A DNA stretch of 63,067 bases, the filler included, from Octopus bimaculoides (lineage: Eukaryota): assembly GCF_001194135.2 (NCBI RefSeq). It is 5 parts of 5 records of this genome, joined end to end, with 100 filler letters (N's around TTAATTAATTAA, not from the genome) between each part and the next. Parts side by side here need not be neighbours in the genome. Positions count along the whole stretch, not along the records: positions 1 to 5,684 come from NC_069004.1; positions 5,785 to 28,622 come from NC_068984.1; 3 more parts are not named here. One strand, 5' to 3'. Made by a program: the position numbers and the translations under genes. Shown one piece after another: positions 1 through 13,176 of the stretch (the stretch's first letter is position 1; every line of letters starts with the position of its first letter). Below the pieces are notes generated by a model. That model made no database searches, was not told the DNA's origin, and was given only the letters and a program-made list of their open reading frames with translations.

Positions 1-41
<41 letters not shown>

Positions 42-211
42 TACATATATATATACGACGGGCTTCTCTCAGTTTCCGTCTACCAAATCTACTCACAAGC
101 CTTTGGTTGGCCCATGGCTATAGTAGAAGATGTTTGCCCAAGTTGCCACGCAGTGGGACTCAACCCGGAACCATGTGGTTGGGAAGCAAGCTTCTTACCA
201 CACAGCCACGA

Positions 212-572
212 TTTTTTCTTATATCTTGTTTCAGTTATTAGATTGCGGCCATGTTGTGGCACTAGACCCCAGTACTAAATTTTACTAAAGCCTGTTACAT
301 ATTCTCTTGGTCCTTTTGCTGAACCGCTAAGTAACGGGGTTGCAACACGCCAAACTAGTTGTCAAGCGGTAGAGGGGGGGAAACACATACATAAAGACAC
401 ACGCACACATAGATATACATATATACGATGGGCTTCATTCAGTCTCCGTCTATCAAATCTACGTGCAAGGCTTTGATCAGACAAATAACATAATAAAAGG
501 ATTTTGCCTTAAGTGCCAGGCAGCGGGATTGAACCATGACGTTGCGAAGCAAACTTCTTACCACACAACCAC
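212..572 (-). mobile_element. SINE family A (tRNA-derived head + internal microsatellite + tail), full copy; another head at 57-211 and a plus-strand tail at about 580-745
   Basis: Head with A-box-like tggctgtgtgg, B-box-like ggttcagtcc and CORE-like caccttgggcaagtgtctt (consensus read across copies); recurrent many times in the window. Boundaries approximate. Confidence 0.85.
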
Positions 573-1746
573 ACATATATTGGTATGGTTACGTCCCCAT
601 AACTTAGCGACTCGGCAAAAGTGTACGATAGAATAAGTAGTTCCTGTCTTTACAAAAAACTAATAAATTCTGGGGTGGATTTGACTGAGTAAAATTCTTC
701 ACGGTGGCGCTCTAGCAGGGCCTCAGTGTAATGACTGAAGCTTAATATATATTTGTATANNNNNNNNNNNNNNNNNNNNNNNNNNNNNNNNNNNNNNNNN
801 NNNNNNNNNNNNNNNNNNNNNNNNNNNNNNNNNNNNNNNNNNNNNNNNNNNNNNNNNNNATATATACCTAGATATATGTGTGTGAGTGTGTGTATGTGGT
901 TCTCTGGTTGTGCTTTTATATAAATATTGGACATGTATATATGTATGTATGTGTGTGTATATATATGTAAATCTATACGTGTATATATACGTAAACACAT
1001 ATGTAAATATACATACACATATACTGTATATGCATACGTATATCTATACATATGTCTCTTCGAGTGTATATGTATGTATGCGTTTGTATATATTAGTATA
1101 CATTTCCCCTCACCCCTAGATACACAAATAAGATACATACATCTAAATATTAACGTTAAAGCTATAATGTTTGAAACTTATTTGTGTACATATGTCCAAA
1201 GCTAGTTGCCATATTTATATATAATCTTAAATATACAATTTGTTATATGTGTGGAGGCATCAGGCTGTACGCGCGCGCATTTTTGTTTGTTCGTGTGTGT
1301 GTGTGTATTTGAGTTTGAACGTGTGTGTCTGAGTGAATGAGTTTTACAGAACTTCAAGTGTTCTGTTGAGAGGATGTTTTAAAGAAATATCCTGTGATTC
1401 AATCACCAGTGAAACGGCTTTGAACAATGGATTTAAAATAATTAAAATGAAGGAAATAATTGCAATGGCTGCATTTAAAACCAATTCCATGGCGTCCCAC
1501 TTGGAGTGTATTTGTGTATGTATGTATGTATTCGTGTGTGTGTATGTATGTATAGAGAGAAACACAGAGAGAGAGACAAATAAGGAGAGATAGGTGCAGA
1601 CATCGAGGTAATTACCGAAGCAGACAGTGAATTAGAAATAGGCATTGTATACGTATGAATACACGTATACACACCTGTACAGGTGTATATATATATATAT
1701 TGTATGTATCTATATTTGTACGTTTTCATATGTTCATGAATACGTA

Positions 1747-1782
<36 letters not shown>

Positions 1783-2014
1783 NNNNNNNNNNNNNNNNNN
1801 NNNNNNNNNNNNNNNNNNNNNNNNNNNNNNNNNNNNNNNNNNNNNNNNNNNNNNNNNNNNNNNNNNNNNNNNNNNNNNNNNNNNNNNNNNNNNNNNNNNN
1901 NNNNNNNNNNNNNNNNNNNNNNNNNNNNNNNNNNNNNNNNNNNNNNNNNNNNNNNNNNNNNNNNNNNNNNNNNNNNNNNNNNNNNNNNNNNNNNNNNNNN
2001 NNNNNNNNNNNNNN

Positions 2015-2069
<55 letters not shown>

Positions 2070-3304
2070 TACATACATGCATATATATATAAGTGTGTGT
2101 ATATATATGTATGTATATATGTAGATGTATATTTATGTACGGATATACATGCATACATATACTTAAAAGCTTTATTATACAGTGCTGTAGTTTCAAAGGA
2201 AATTAAAACTAAACATAGAATCATTCCTCAGAGAGATCGATTGATCTTTGTTCTGGAAAATTCGATTTTCTTCGAAACTAAATTTTTGGTTCTCGTTTTG
2301 GTTTTGTTAGAATCTTTGGAAAAGTTTTAACTCCCATCAAACTAAGCGGAATTTATTACACATCAAAGAGAATCGGTGCAGTCTGAAAAACCTTGTAATG
2401 GTTTGCTACGGTGAATAATAAGTACGTACAGTTCACTAAGTGGAATAAATTTTAGTTTGCCGTTAGGACGGAAATGAAATGAACGGACGCATCCAAAATG
2501 GCTGAAAAATACTAAACAATACATATAGGTGTATATGCCGAAAGTGTGGAATGAGAAAAATCTTAATTGCTGCTGCTGCTGCTTCTGCTACTTCTGCTGT
2601 TATTTGTAGTAATCTTGTTATTTTGTTGTTGTTGTCGTTGTTATTGTTTAGTACTAAGTCTTCCTTTCACACTTGATTAAACAGACATACGATCGATCAA
2701 TGATAAAGCAGACGTGACTTCGTTGTCATATTTTGAATGGGAGGCAAAAATGTCATTCGGTGTGTGTGATGTAATTTGAGGGAAAATTTAGTGGCTATTT
2801 CTAGCAAGTTGAGCGAACACGTAAAAGCTTAAGAATCAGTTTGTGTTGACGCTGAAGGGGATAATAGTAGGGATTGTGTGAGAAGGAGAAGGGTGATAAG
2901 ATTTATGGAATTAGCCAACAAGTTAAGAATATGGGCGAAGCAAAGGAGAAATGCCTGACGTATGTTGATAGAGCTGGATTAAGACCCTAAGCACTTAAAA
3001 GATTTCGGTGTCCAAAAGATTTTGGTGTACATCTAATTCAAAATATAAACAATAATAACCAATAAAATATTTTTTTTATTTTTCAAAATGTAACAAACCT
3101 AAAAGTAAGATGGAAAATAATGTTTAGCTCTGTATACTTCCACTTTATTTATATTTGAAAATGTTTCTCCTAATTTTGTTTTAATTACAGCCTCACCATG
3201 ACGCCATGAACACTTAGAAATCATATAAACCGTTTCGAATACTATCTTAGCAAGTTTAAAATGATGTCTTTTGTGCTGTACCATTTCTCTGATACACATC
3301 TTAA

Positions 3305-3420
<116 letters not shown>

Positions 3421-4034
3421 ACATTTGCTGAATTGAAACAATATGGCGTTGATATTTCCAACAAATTCCAACAAATGGCGTTGGTATTTCCACATTCCGT
3501 ACGATCCTATAAATTTCCTAAAGGAAGTTGTTAATGCGAAAGACATAAAGGGATTATCTGGGATCACGTGAAGTTAGAGGAGCTAGAAATAGCGACAAAA
3601 TATCCATCGAATCACACTCTCATTAAAAAATGTGGACACATCATGATATACATTGTATTTCTAGATATACAACGGCAAAAAGAAATCGATGGATGATCAC
3701 GTCAGGAACATCTTTCATCACAGAGTTGCTGGATATCAAGGTTGACCTAATGATTACACTATATGTTAGAAATAGCAGCCAAATCTTCCTAAAATCACAA
3801 CCTAGCATATTCCAATATGAAAGGATAGATTGTATAGTATAGTCATATATACATATATATCATTTTAACTGATTTACGGTAAATGCTTCCGAGTGCGCTC
3901 GTAAAAGCCCTTATGCTACTTGTTGCTGGCTACCACTTATTCCTATCTACCACAGTAATCGTATGGGATGTTTTGCTTGCGGAACTCCCTATAGCTTACG
4001 ATAAATATAGTAAGAACGATAACACCGAATTGTT

Positions 4035-4790
4035 TATCCCCTACTCCCTGTTCCTCCGTCTACGCCGGCTCGGCAGTGATGACAATGACTTCGAAACCTA
4101 GTCTCAACTCATGGCTCGTCACTTCACCCTACTTGGATATTCCCTCACCATTACCCAAACTGCCCTCACCCGAGCACGGTCTGTTGACCGTGCCTCTGCA
4201 CGCACTCCCGCACCTACCGCCCGTCCACCCTACCTCTTCAATGCGCCATTTTCCAAGCTTTCCGTCGACTCTAGTCCGACACCTCCAATTCACATATCTT
4301 CCCTAACCCACCCCTTCCCTCCTTCAAACACGCCCATATCCTGCTTGACTTTGATGTCCGTAGTTCCTTCCCTACTCCTAGCACCCAACCTGGCTCCTCC
4401 TCCTGCTCTCACCCAAGCGGTCGCACCTGCTCCTACCCCTCCAACACTACTATCCCCACCGGTTCTCAGCACATTTCTAACTCTTTTTCCAGCAATGTCA
4501 TCTACTGCATCTTCTGATCTCTATGTCCTTCCCTTTACATTAGTCAAGCGAGACGCCGCTTGGGCGACCGGTTCACTGGGTACTTCCCTAGACATCAGAC
4601 TAGGCAATGACACCCCGGTCTCGCGTCACTTCCTGCTGCACCGTTCATTCACTACAACATCTGTCTGTGTTCGGGCTGTCTTTGCACAGAGGCCACCTGG
4701 ACTCCCATCCTCCACCATGAATGTGAATTTATCTTCTCTCTTCATTCTTTTGCTCCTTATGGCCTTAATTCCCCACCTCTCGTCTTCTAA
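4035..4790 (+). mobile_element. Penelope-like element fragment (post-RT linker + GIY-YIG endonuclease), decayed
   Basis: IPYSLFLRLRRLGSDDNDF...GYS...ALTRARSVDR (post-RT helical region); SSNVIYCIF*SLCPSLYISQARRRLGDRF, TPVSRHF and terminal FIFSLHSFAPYGLN match PLE GIY-YIG motifs; stops and frameshifts present. Boundaries approximate. Confidence 0.85.
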
Positions 4791-4889
4791 CACCAGCGCT
4801 ACACATGCTCCCCCCATCTCCCACCTTCAACTGCTACCTCTCCCCTCCCACACCTGTACACCGCCTAACTCAGTACCCTCAACACATAC

Positions 4890-5505
4890 GTGATTATACA
4901 AACATACATACACACTATACAACTCAGTACTCACACACTCACGCACACTCAGATGAACACGCACTAAGCACACACCTTCCCAGTCTACACTCACTAACAC
5001 CCAACACCTCCCAGCATCCACACCACACACCATTATGCACACACAGACTCACAAGTCCTCTCACCACACACACTACTATAAGAACACTCATACAAACAGT
5101 TATGCAATGCTTTTACACACGCCTTCCCACTCCATACACACTAGTATCGAATACTTCCCAACCCATCTCACCTCGCACCTCCATACATTCCCTCACAACA
5201 CACAGTATACACTATGTACATGCACACAACACACCTGAACACAGACATTATACACATGAACACATACAACTTTCGCACATAAACATATACAATACCCACG
5301 CACACTATAGGGTCATACACACACACACGCACACACGTGCGCACACCACTTAAGCAAGTACAGTTTAACAGATACACACTAGCGTTTGCACATGAGCAGG
5401 AACACACATACACACTATAACCTCACATACATACTATACACAGCCTCACAAACATATACACACGTCTATACGCACACAAACGCACATCACGAAACGCACA
5501 TCATT

Positions 5506-5542
<37 letters not shown>

Positions 5543-5680
5543 TCCATACGTATACACAGCCTCTCAAAATCTTAAGCTCGCCTACACATACATTCTCATG
5601 CGCTCACCCCCATTCACACATATGCAATTTCACACCCCATTCTTACACACACTCACGCTCTTGCACACCCTAGTTCAGCC
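4890..5680. repeat. Cryptic CA-rich low-complexity tract
   Basis: Degenerate acac/cata/cact words following the PLE fragment. Confidence 0.85.
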
Positions 5681-5684
5681 GATT

Positions 5685-5784
5685 NNNNNNNNNNNNNNNN
5701 NNNNNNNNNNNNNNNNNNNNNNNNNNNNTTAATTAATTAANNNNNNNNNNNNNNNNNNNNNNNNNNNNNNNNNNNNNNNNNNNN
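5685..5784. other. Artificial 100-nt contig spacer (also 28623-28722, 40680-40779, 46179-46278)
   Basis: 44 N + TTAATTAATTAA + 44 N, identical four times; the linker is palindromic with TAA in all six frames. Confidence 0.95.
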
Positions 5785-7144
5785 ATATATATATATATAT
5801 ATATATATACATACACACACATATATATATACATACATATAGATGTGTATGTATGTATATATGTCAGCCCACCCCATCGCTTGACAACCTGTGTCCGCTT
5901 GTTTACGTTCCGCAAGTTAGTTGTTCGGCTAATGAGACCGATAAAGTAAATACAAAACTTGTTCGACTAAATATAAAGCGGTACTCCAGCATGGCCTGAA
6001 TTCAATGACTTAAGCGAGCAAAGCAAGACAGAGCATTGCTTAAATATAGCCACTTAGAACGCAGTAGTCTGCAAATAAACAAAAATATAATATAAAATCA
6101 TATCCGGCTCCGAGTAAACTGTCTTTTGTCTGTAATGCTCACAAAATATATATTGTCGTGGTGGTCCTGGTCGTTACCCTCATCTCATAGATATATAGTT
6201 GTTTCGAGTTGTAGGTATCATAATGCTGGTTACCCGGTTCCCATAACTCAAGCTAAGATCACGGCCTTCCCTTTGAGCTGGACGCTAGGTTTTCACATAT
6301 AGAGCTGAATGGCTGAGGCAATGCAATGTGAAATGAAATGCGTTAGGCAAGAAATTCCACACCACCCGATCTGCCAACGTGGTCATTGTAGTGATTAAAA
6401 TTACTAAACTGATAAAAGAGATTAGGTATTGCGTCAGTTAGGCCAGGAAAATTTCAACGTCCTGACGTTTCGGACCGAAAACTTTCGTCAGCATTGTGTT
6501 CTTCCTACGGCATACCATCTACAAACACCATATGCATATCAATAAACATGACAATAACAACAACATTAACAATGATAGTACATACCTTCTTAAAATTCTA
6601 GCCATCACATTTAGTAGCGGTAATGTATACGGCACACAGGCAATCATTTGGCATGCAATAGTTTCGTTTGCTATATAATATACCGACTTCTTTCTTTGTC
6701 TTTTTTTTTTTGCCAAATTTCTCCCATTATATTTTCTTTTCAATTCGCTGCCAATCTATGTGTACCCAGCTGAGAATTGTGAGTGGATAAACTAATACAA
6801 ATCTTGCAGTCAGTTTATTAACAGCAGGAATGTATATGCGATATTTATTTTGATAACGCGGGTTTATTTATTTATTTATATATATATTTATTTATTTATT
6901 CATTTAGTTGTTTGGTTATTTAGTTATTCAGTCGGGCTACACATCTTTTCCTTTCCCTCTCTTTATTTATCGATACAGTTTTTTCAAAAATAAATTTTAT
7001 GCGTTCGAGAATATTATCAGATCCAGGCTTTCGGTTTATATATATNNNNNNNNNNNNNNNNNNNNNNNNNNNNNNNNNNNNNNNNNNNNNNNNNNNNNNN
7101 NNNNNNNNNNNNNNNNNNNNNNNNNNNNNNNNNNNNNNNNNNNN

Positions 7145-7179
<35 letters not shown>

Positions 7180-7676
7180 ATTTTATTTTATTCTACCATT
7201 TGATTTTCTTTTATGACTCTATCGATTTATCATCTTGATATGACGTTCAGAGCAGTGAGTGAAGTTATTCATGGTAATAAGTCAATTATGATAATTTCTG
7301 TTCGCTATGCCACCATTGTTGAAACTTCACCATTTGTAAGAATGATGAAGAAGGGAATAATACGATAAACCAAATAACTTAGGTCAGATTTCAGCTTCGA
7401 CTCTCAACCAAATAAATAATATTTATAAAGGGCGTGGCTGCGTGGCAAGAATTTTGGTTCCGAGTTCAATCCTGCTGTGTGGTACTCTTCCCGCAAATAC
7501 GAGGTGGCGAATTGGTTGTATCAACCAATTATATGTTCACTGTGGGGTGTTATGTGATCATTTAGTGGCAGTTATGGTGGTCCCTATAAAGCAGAATGAG
7601 TAAATTGTACAGCAGCTATTTGGCGACACAAGCAAACTATGGAAATTTGTGAGGGTTATTATATAGTATTACGAGG

Positions 7677-7899
7677 AAGGCAGCGAGCTGGCAGAAAGGT
7701 TAGCACGCCGAGCGAAAGGAATCCTTAGCGTTATTTCGTTTGCCGCTACGTTCTGAGTTCAAATTCCGTCGAGGTCGATTTTCCTTTCATATCCTTTCGG
7801 GGTCGATAAACTAAGTACCAGTTGCGTACTGGAGTCGATGTGAACGACGTCCCCTCTTCCTCCAAATTTCAGGCCTTGTGCCTATAGTTGATAGGATTG
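7677..7899 (+). mobile_element. SINE family B with 15-bp TSD
   Basis: aaggcagcgagctggcagaa..gagttcaaattcc; TSD tatagtattacgagg 7662-7676 / tatagtatcacgagg 7900-7914. Confidence 0.92.
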
Positions 7900-8329
7900 T
7901 ATAGTATCACGAGGCTATGGAGCGACATGAACACCTATGAGGATTGGATATGGTGAGACGCGTAAGCGAAGCTGTATTTGACAATTATGTGAATGTTATG
8001 AACCAGCGTGAGCCCTATGAACCGTTATGCGACACAGGAGGCTTAGTAGGGGTTTGTTATGCAGTATTGCCATCCACGTAGGAGTTGTCATCAGGAACAA
8101 TACATGGAGCTGTCATGTGTCACCGCTGGACAGCTATCAGCCATTATGTGACAGACAATGCGAGCCTAGTGTATAGCGTGAGTCCAATATGGGGCTGTTC
8201 TGTGGAGGCACAACACAATAATGGATCTGTTCGGCAGCGGCAAGAACTAACAAGGAATGCTTATGTGTGCATTTTACTTCCTAGAAATAATAGAAAAATC
8301 ACTAACAAATGACATCGTACTGTGTTTTA

Positions 8330-8712
8330 TCTTCATTAACCTCTTCCAGTCATTAGGCTGCAACCATACTGGAGCACCAAATTGAACATTTGTTTAGTAA
8401 GTTGAATCGACCACAATGCTTATTTTATATTAGCTTGGCGCTTATCGTAACGTTTTTGTTTTTAGCGAAGCGCTAAGTTACGAGAATGTAAACAGTCCAA
8501 CAACGGTCGTCAAGCGGTGGAGGATAAACACAGACACAAAGACACACACACACACATATACAAGCTTCCTTCAATTTCCGTCGAACCAAATCCACTCACA
8601 AGGCTTTAGCTGAACCGAGGCTATAGTAGAAGACAGTGCACAGAGTGCCAAGTACTGGGACTGAACGTGGAACCATGCGGTTGAGAAGCTAACGTCTTAC
8701 CACACAGCCACC
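8330..8712 (-). mobile_element. SINE family A full copy
   Basis: Tail about 8330-8530, (CA) spacer, head about 8560-8712; matches other copies. Confidence 0.85.
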
Positions 8713-8809
8713 GATTTGCTCATTGATACTGCAGATTAAGTGTGTCGGTCCTCGCTAGACTATCTTCGATTATAGGTGTGCTCGTTCAGGGCCGACATAA
8801 GGCTAATAA

Positions 8810-8827
8810 GAACAACAACAACAACAG

Positions 8828-8858
<31 letters not shown>

Positions 8859-8878
8859 AGCAACAGCAACAACAACAC
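8810..8878. repeat. (AAC)n microsatellite
   Basis: Direct inspection. Confidence 0.97.
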
Positions 8879-9664
8879 CAGAATAGCAAGAACAATCACA
8901 GCCTCAACGGTCCCGAAGCTGTTGTGATAATTTTGATTGAAACAAATTTCAGAATTTACAGTTGCAGACTTTGTTAACGAACAAAGTTTGACATTCGCTG
9001 ACTGCTTTTCATTTAAATCTTACAGTATTTGCCTAACAGAAGTCTGCTACTAATCTGTTACAGATCTCTTTTAATAATATTTATTAAATGGAACTCTTTA
9101 AAGTAAGTTGCCAAATCTAAAAGTTGCGGGGCGATGGAGCAGATGCAGATAAAGCGTAAGAAACGACGGTGCAATGAATGTTTCCCTAAGCCACATCCGG
9201 TCTCGATGTAATGACTTGAAGGAAGTATGAATTTATACCGTTATCTAATTATATAATAACCACCCAACACACAGCCATCACGCTGCCGCCACCTCCACAA
9301 CCTCCGCTGCCGCATCCACCACGGCCACCACCAACATCATCTCCGCTACCTCTACTACTTCGCCACCTCCGAAGATACTTGAAGGTGCTGAATGCTGGAA
9401 ATTTAGATTCTGAATCTTCAACTACCTTAATTCTCTGCGTCACCATAAGAGACGTAATTGGTAATTTGGGTACAACTATGAATAACGAAGGAAGAATATT
9501 ATATTCTATGAAAGAGTTGCAGGGTGTTTCATGTATGATGGGTAGGGGTGTAAATAAACTTATTTATCGAGATCTAGGTGGATGTGGCGGCGATGTTATC
9601 TTACGATGGCGTCAAAGTACAGGGTGGGGCGTTACAAAGGAAAAGGAGGTGTTTTCAATAGGCG

Positions 9665-9836
9665 CAACCGTGGTAGTGTGGCAAATAGTTAGCTTCCTAA
9701 CTACATGGTTCCAGTTTCAGTTTCACTCCAAGGTACCTTGGCCAAGTGTTTTCTATTATAGCCTCAAGACGACGAAAGCCTTGTGAGTGGATTTGGTAAA
9801 CGGAAACTGAAAGAAACTTGTTACATACACACACAC

Positions 9837-9867
<31 letters not shown>

Positions 9868-10122
9868 TGTATGTATGTATGTATGTGTGTGTGTTTGTGT
9901 ATGTGTGTGTGTATTTGTGTCTGAGCTTCTTCCTATCATCGCTTGAATACCGCTGTTTATGTGTTTACGTCGCTACAACTTAGCGGTTCGGCAAAAGAGA
10001 ACAGAGGGAATATGTGCCGGTCTAAAATAAATACCGGAGTCTGTTCGTTCAAGCAAAATTATTCAAGGTGGTGCTCCAGCATGGCTGCAGTTTAATGACT
10101 GAAACAATTAAAAGATAAAACA
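9665..10122 (+). mobile_element. SINE family A full copy with expanded (TATG)n spacer
   Basis: Head about 9665-9820, microsatellite about 9820-9920, tail about 9925-10122. Confidence 0.85.
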
Positions 10123-10775
10123 AGGGTTACGGTGTGAATGAAGGTCACGTTTTGCAAACAGCTTGCACATGTAAGTGCTACCAGTCAAAAGCTCCGCTTA
10201 CCGGAAGCCAGCAAGTATATGGGGTCTTCAGGAGAGAATACGCGCTGTTTCGGGGCCTACCTCTCGACGGCATCATTGCGCACAGGCCCCACCTCACTGA
10301 CATGAGTCCCCGCTTGCCAGATCAACTGGTTATCAAAAATAGCTCAATATTCTTCTAGTTATCGCTCATCGTCTCTTTTTAACCAAGTCCAGAGGCTAGT
10401 CTTTGCCCCTGTAGTTTGTATGTCGCTCATGGTGGTAGTTGCTTTACGATCAGTTTGGCCTAACGATGACAGCCGTCGCCTCACTGTGTCCAACGAATAT
10501 TGAGCGTGTTAACTTACCCTATTTCTCCACTGTAGATCCTGTCATTTCATAAAGGGCTTCACATATCTTATTCTCAAACTCCTTATACCTTCCTTTCTCA
10601 TTAGCAGCAGTTTCCTCCGAGTACTATCCGATGCACCAGTGTCATAATTTCCTGTTTCCGGTCGAGAAGACTTCTTTGCTATAGCATTTATCGATCCGCT
10701 GAGATTTGAGTCCGGGGATGAATTTAGACGTGAATGTTCCTGATGAGTTAATTGTTGAACGTTAGCAGGGAGATG
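10120..10775 (-). pseudogene. Decayed coding-like segment, possibly LINE ORF1 (gag-like)
   Basis: 78 open codons (HLPANVQQ...YVKPFMK*) without a start; GRP-containing and near-miss CCHC-like stretch near 10120-10270; higher GC than flanks. Unassigned. Confidence 0.25.
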
Positions 10776-12850
10776 TCAAGTACAAGATATAGTCTTGAAA
10801 TCTACGTAAAATATATCTATTCTCTTGAAACAGAAAAAATGAATCCATCAATCATAAAGAATATACTTGCATACACACATATACTCACTCATATATACGC
10901 GCACGCGCACGCATATGCTCATTCACAAATACCCAACTACATATGTAAATATCCATATATATATATATATACATATATACATATATATATATTGACTTCT
11001 TTTCTGTTTTTATTAATCCTTCTGGATTTTTCTGGTCTTTTTCCATGTGGCAGCACCTTGATTCCTAGAGCCTGAAGATTGGTTGGAATCACAAGGCATG
11101 TCATAAAAATCTGCCAAACCACGTGTCTCTATGGCAAGAAACTATAAGTAGCTTTTTATACATTTTACATTAAGTGATATTTATCTCTCACTGAATGGAG
11201 TACTTTTTTCCTCCTAACTTAACGGAAAAGTAAATTATATATATATATACACACACACATGTATACTTACATATATATATAAATGTATTATGCACACACA
11301 GACAGACAGACAGACAAACACACACACACACACATACATATATCTAAGAATACATTATTTTTTCTTTGGTGTGTGCAGTAAAATTAAAATTTAGTCGGAA
11401 GTTGTTAGTAATTTAGTTAGACGATGTTAGTAATCATTAAAACATGTTAGGAATGTTTAATTAGTGGGAGGAGAAGGACACGCTCTTAGTCTCTTCCTGG
11501 GTGGTGAAATGAATGTGGCTGATGTAGAGTTTTGCCTAACTTCGAGTTGACACATGTATAGAATTATATCGAGACCGCTTGGAAATTAAGCTACATGTTT
11601 GAGGGCGGAGGATTTCCGAACATATTTATGGGAGAGTCTGCAGAGAGAAATGCAGGAATTGTGGGAAGAGAAAGAGAAATCAGAAGGCTTTTATTCCTTA
11701 TCGTTTTATTGGCTTCAGCCATTAGTTTGTGGCCATGCTGGGGCGCCGCATAGAAGAATCGACTCGAGTGCTTGTTTATTTTCAAGTCTGGTAATTATTC
11801 TATCGGTCTCTTTTACTGACCCGCCAAGTTATGAGGACATAAACAATTAAACACTGGTTGACAAACACGGACAGACACATGCACTAAAGTCTGTCTTACC
11901 GGCCATGATGAAATACCACAAGGTATAGAAAATACGTATTCGCCTTTATATATTTATATATTTAATCCTTTATATTGAACACTCAATATTTCATCTATTC
12001 AATAAGACATATTCCATATATTCAATAAGACATTCAATACTTTATTTCATAGTACCATCCATTTTTATTTTATACTATATATTGTATATTATATTGTATA
12101 TTGTATATTCCATATTCTATATCCCACATTGGTTTTGCAGGAATATAAATAAAACATAAAAAAACAGACAGTCCTGGAACTCTTTTAAACAAAATAATAT
12201 ATTCCTCTATACACAATCATACAANNNNNNNNNNNNNNNNNNNNNNNNNNNNNNNNNNNNNNNNNNNNNNNNNNNNNNNNNNNNNNNNNNNNNNNNNNNN
12301 NNNNNNNNNNNNNNNNNNNNNNNNNNNNNNNNNNNNNNNNNNNNNNNNNNNNNNNNNNNNNNNNNNNNNNNNNNNNNNNNNNNNNNNNNNNNNNNNNNNN
12401 NNNNNNNNNNNNNNNNNNNNNNNNNNNNNNNNNNNNNNNNNNNNNNNNNNNNNNNNNNNNNNNNNNNNNNNNNNNNNNNNNNNNNNNNNNNNNNNNNNNN
12501 NNNNNNNNNNNNNNNNNNNNNNNNNNNNNNNNNNNNNNNNNNNNNNNNNNNNNNNNNNNNNNNNNNNNNNNNNNNNNNNNNNNNNNNNNNNNNNNNNNNN
12601 NNNNNNNNNNNNNNNNNNNNNNNNNNNNNNNNNNNNNNNNNNNNNNNNNNNNNNNNNNNNNNNNNNNNNNNNNNNNNNNNNNNNNNNNNNNNNNNNNNNN
12701 NNNNNNNNNNNNNNNNNNNNNNNNNNNNNNNNNNNNNNNNNNNNNNNNNNNNNNNNNNNNNNNNNNNNNNNNNNNNNNNNNNNNNNNNNNNNNNNNNNNN
12801 NNNNNNNNNNNNNNNNNNNNNNNNNNNNNNNNNNNNNNNNNNNNNNNNNN

Positions 12851-12902
<52 letters not shown>

Positions 12903-13019
12903 GTGTGTGTGTCATATACACTGACACACGTGCGCGCGTGTCCCAGTATAGTTGTAGACAAACATAAATACTAATATACACATTATAATCTCGCATGCAC
13001 AGTTGCACCGGTATGTACG

Positions 13020-13053
<34 letters not shown>

Positions 13054-13120
13054 TAGCTATATCTATCTATGTATCTATCTATCTCTGTATGTATATTTAT
13101 ATATATATATNNNNNNNNNN

Positions 13121-13176
<56 letters not shown>

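Noticed and set aside
650-2330. YI/HT/CV-rich and X-rich ORFs here and throughout the ORF track
   Set aside because: Products of (TA)n, (CA)n and (TATG)n repeats and N runs that lack stops.
4111-4893. 260-aa Pro/Ser/Thr-rich ORF as a mucin-like gene
   Set aside because: It is the frameshifted read-through of the decayed Penelope element.
6464-6491. Hammerhead-like core on the minus strand (CTGACGA...CGAAACGTC), as in Penelope pLTRs
   Set aside because: Stem II is mismatched and there is no stem I pairing; at most a dead remnant.
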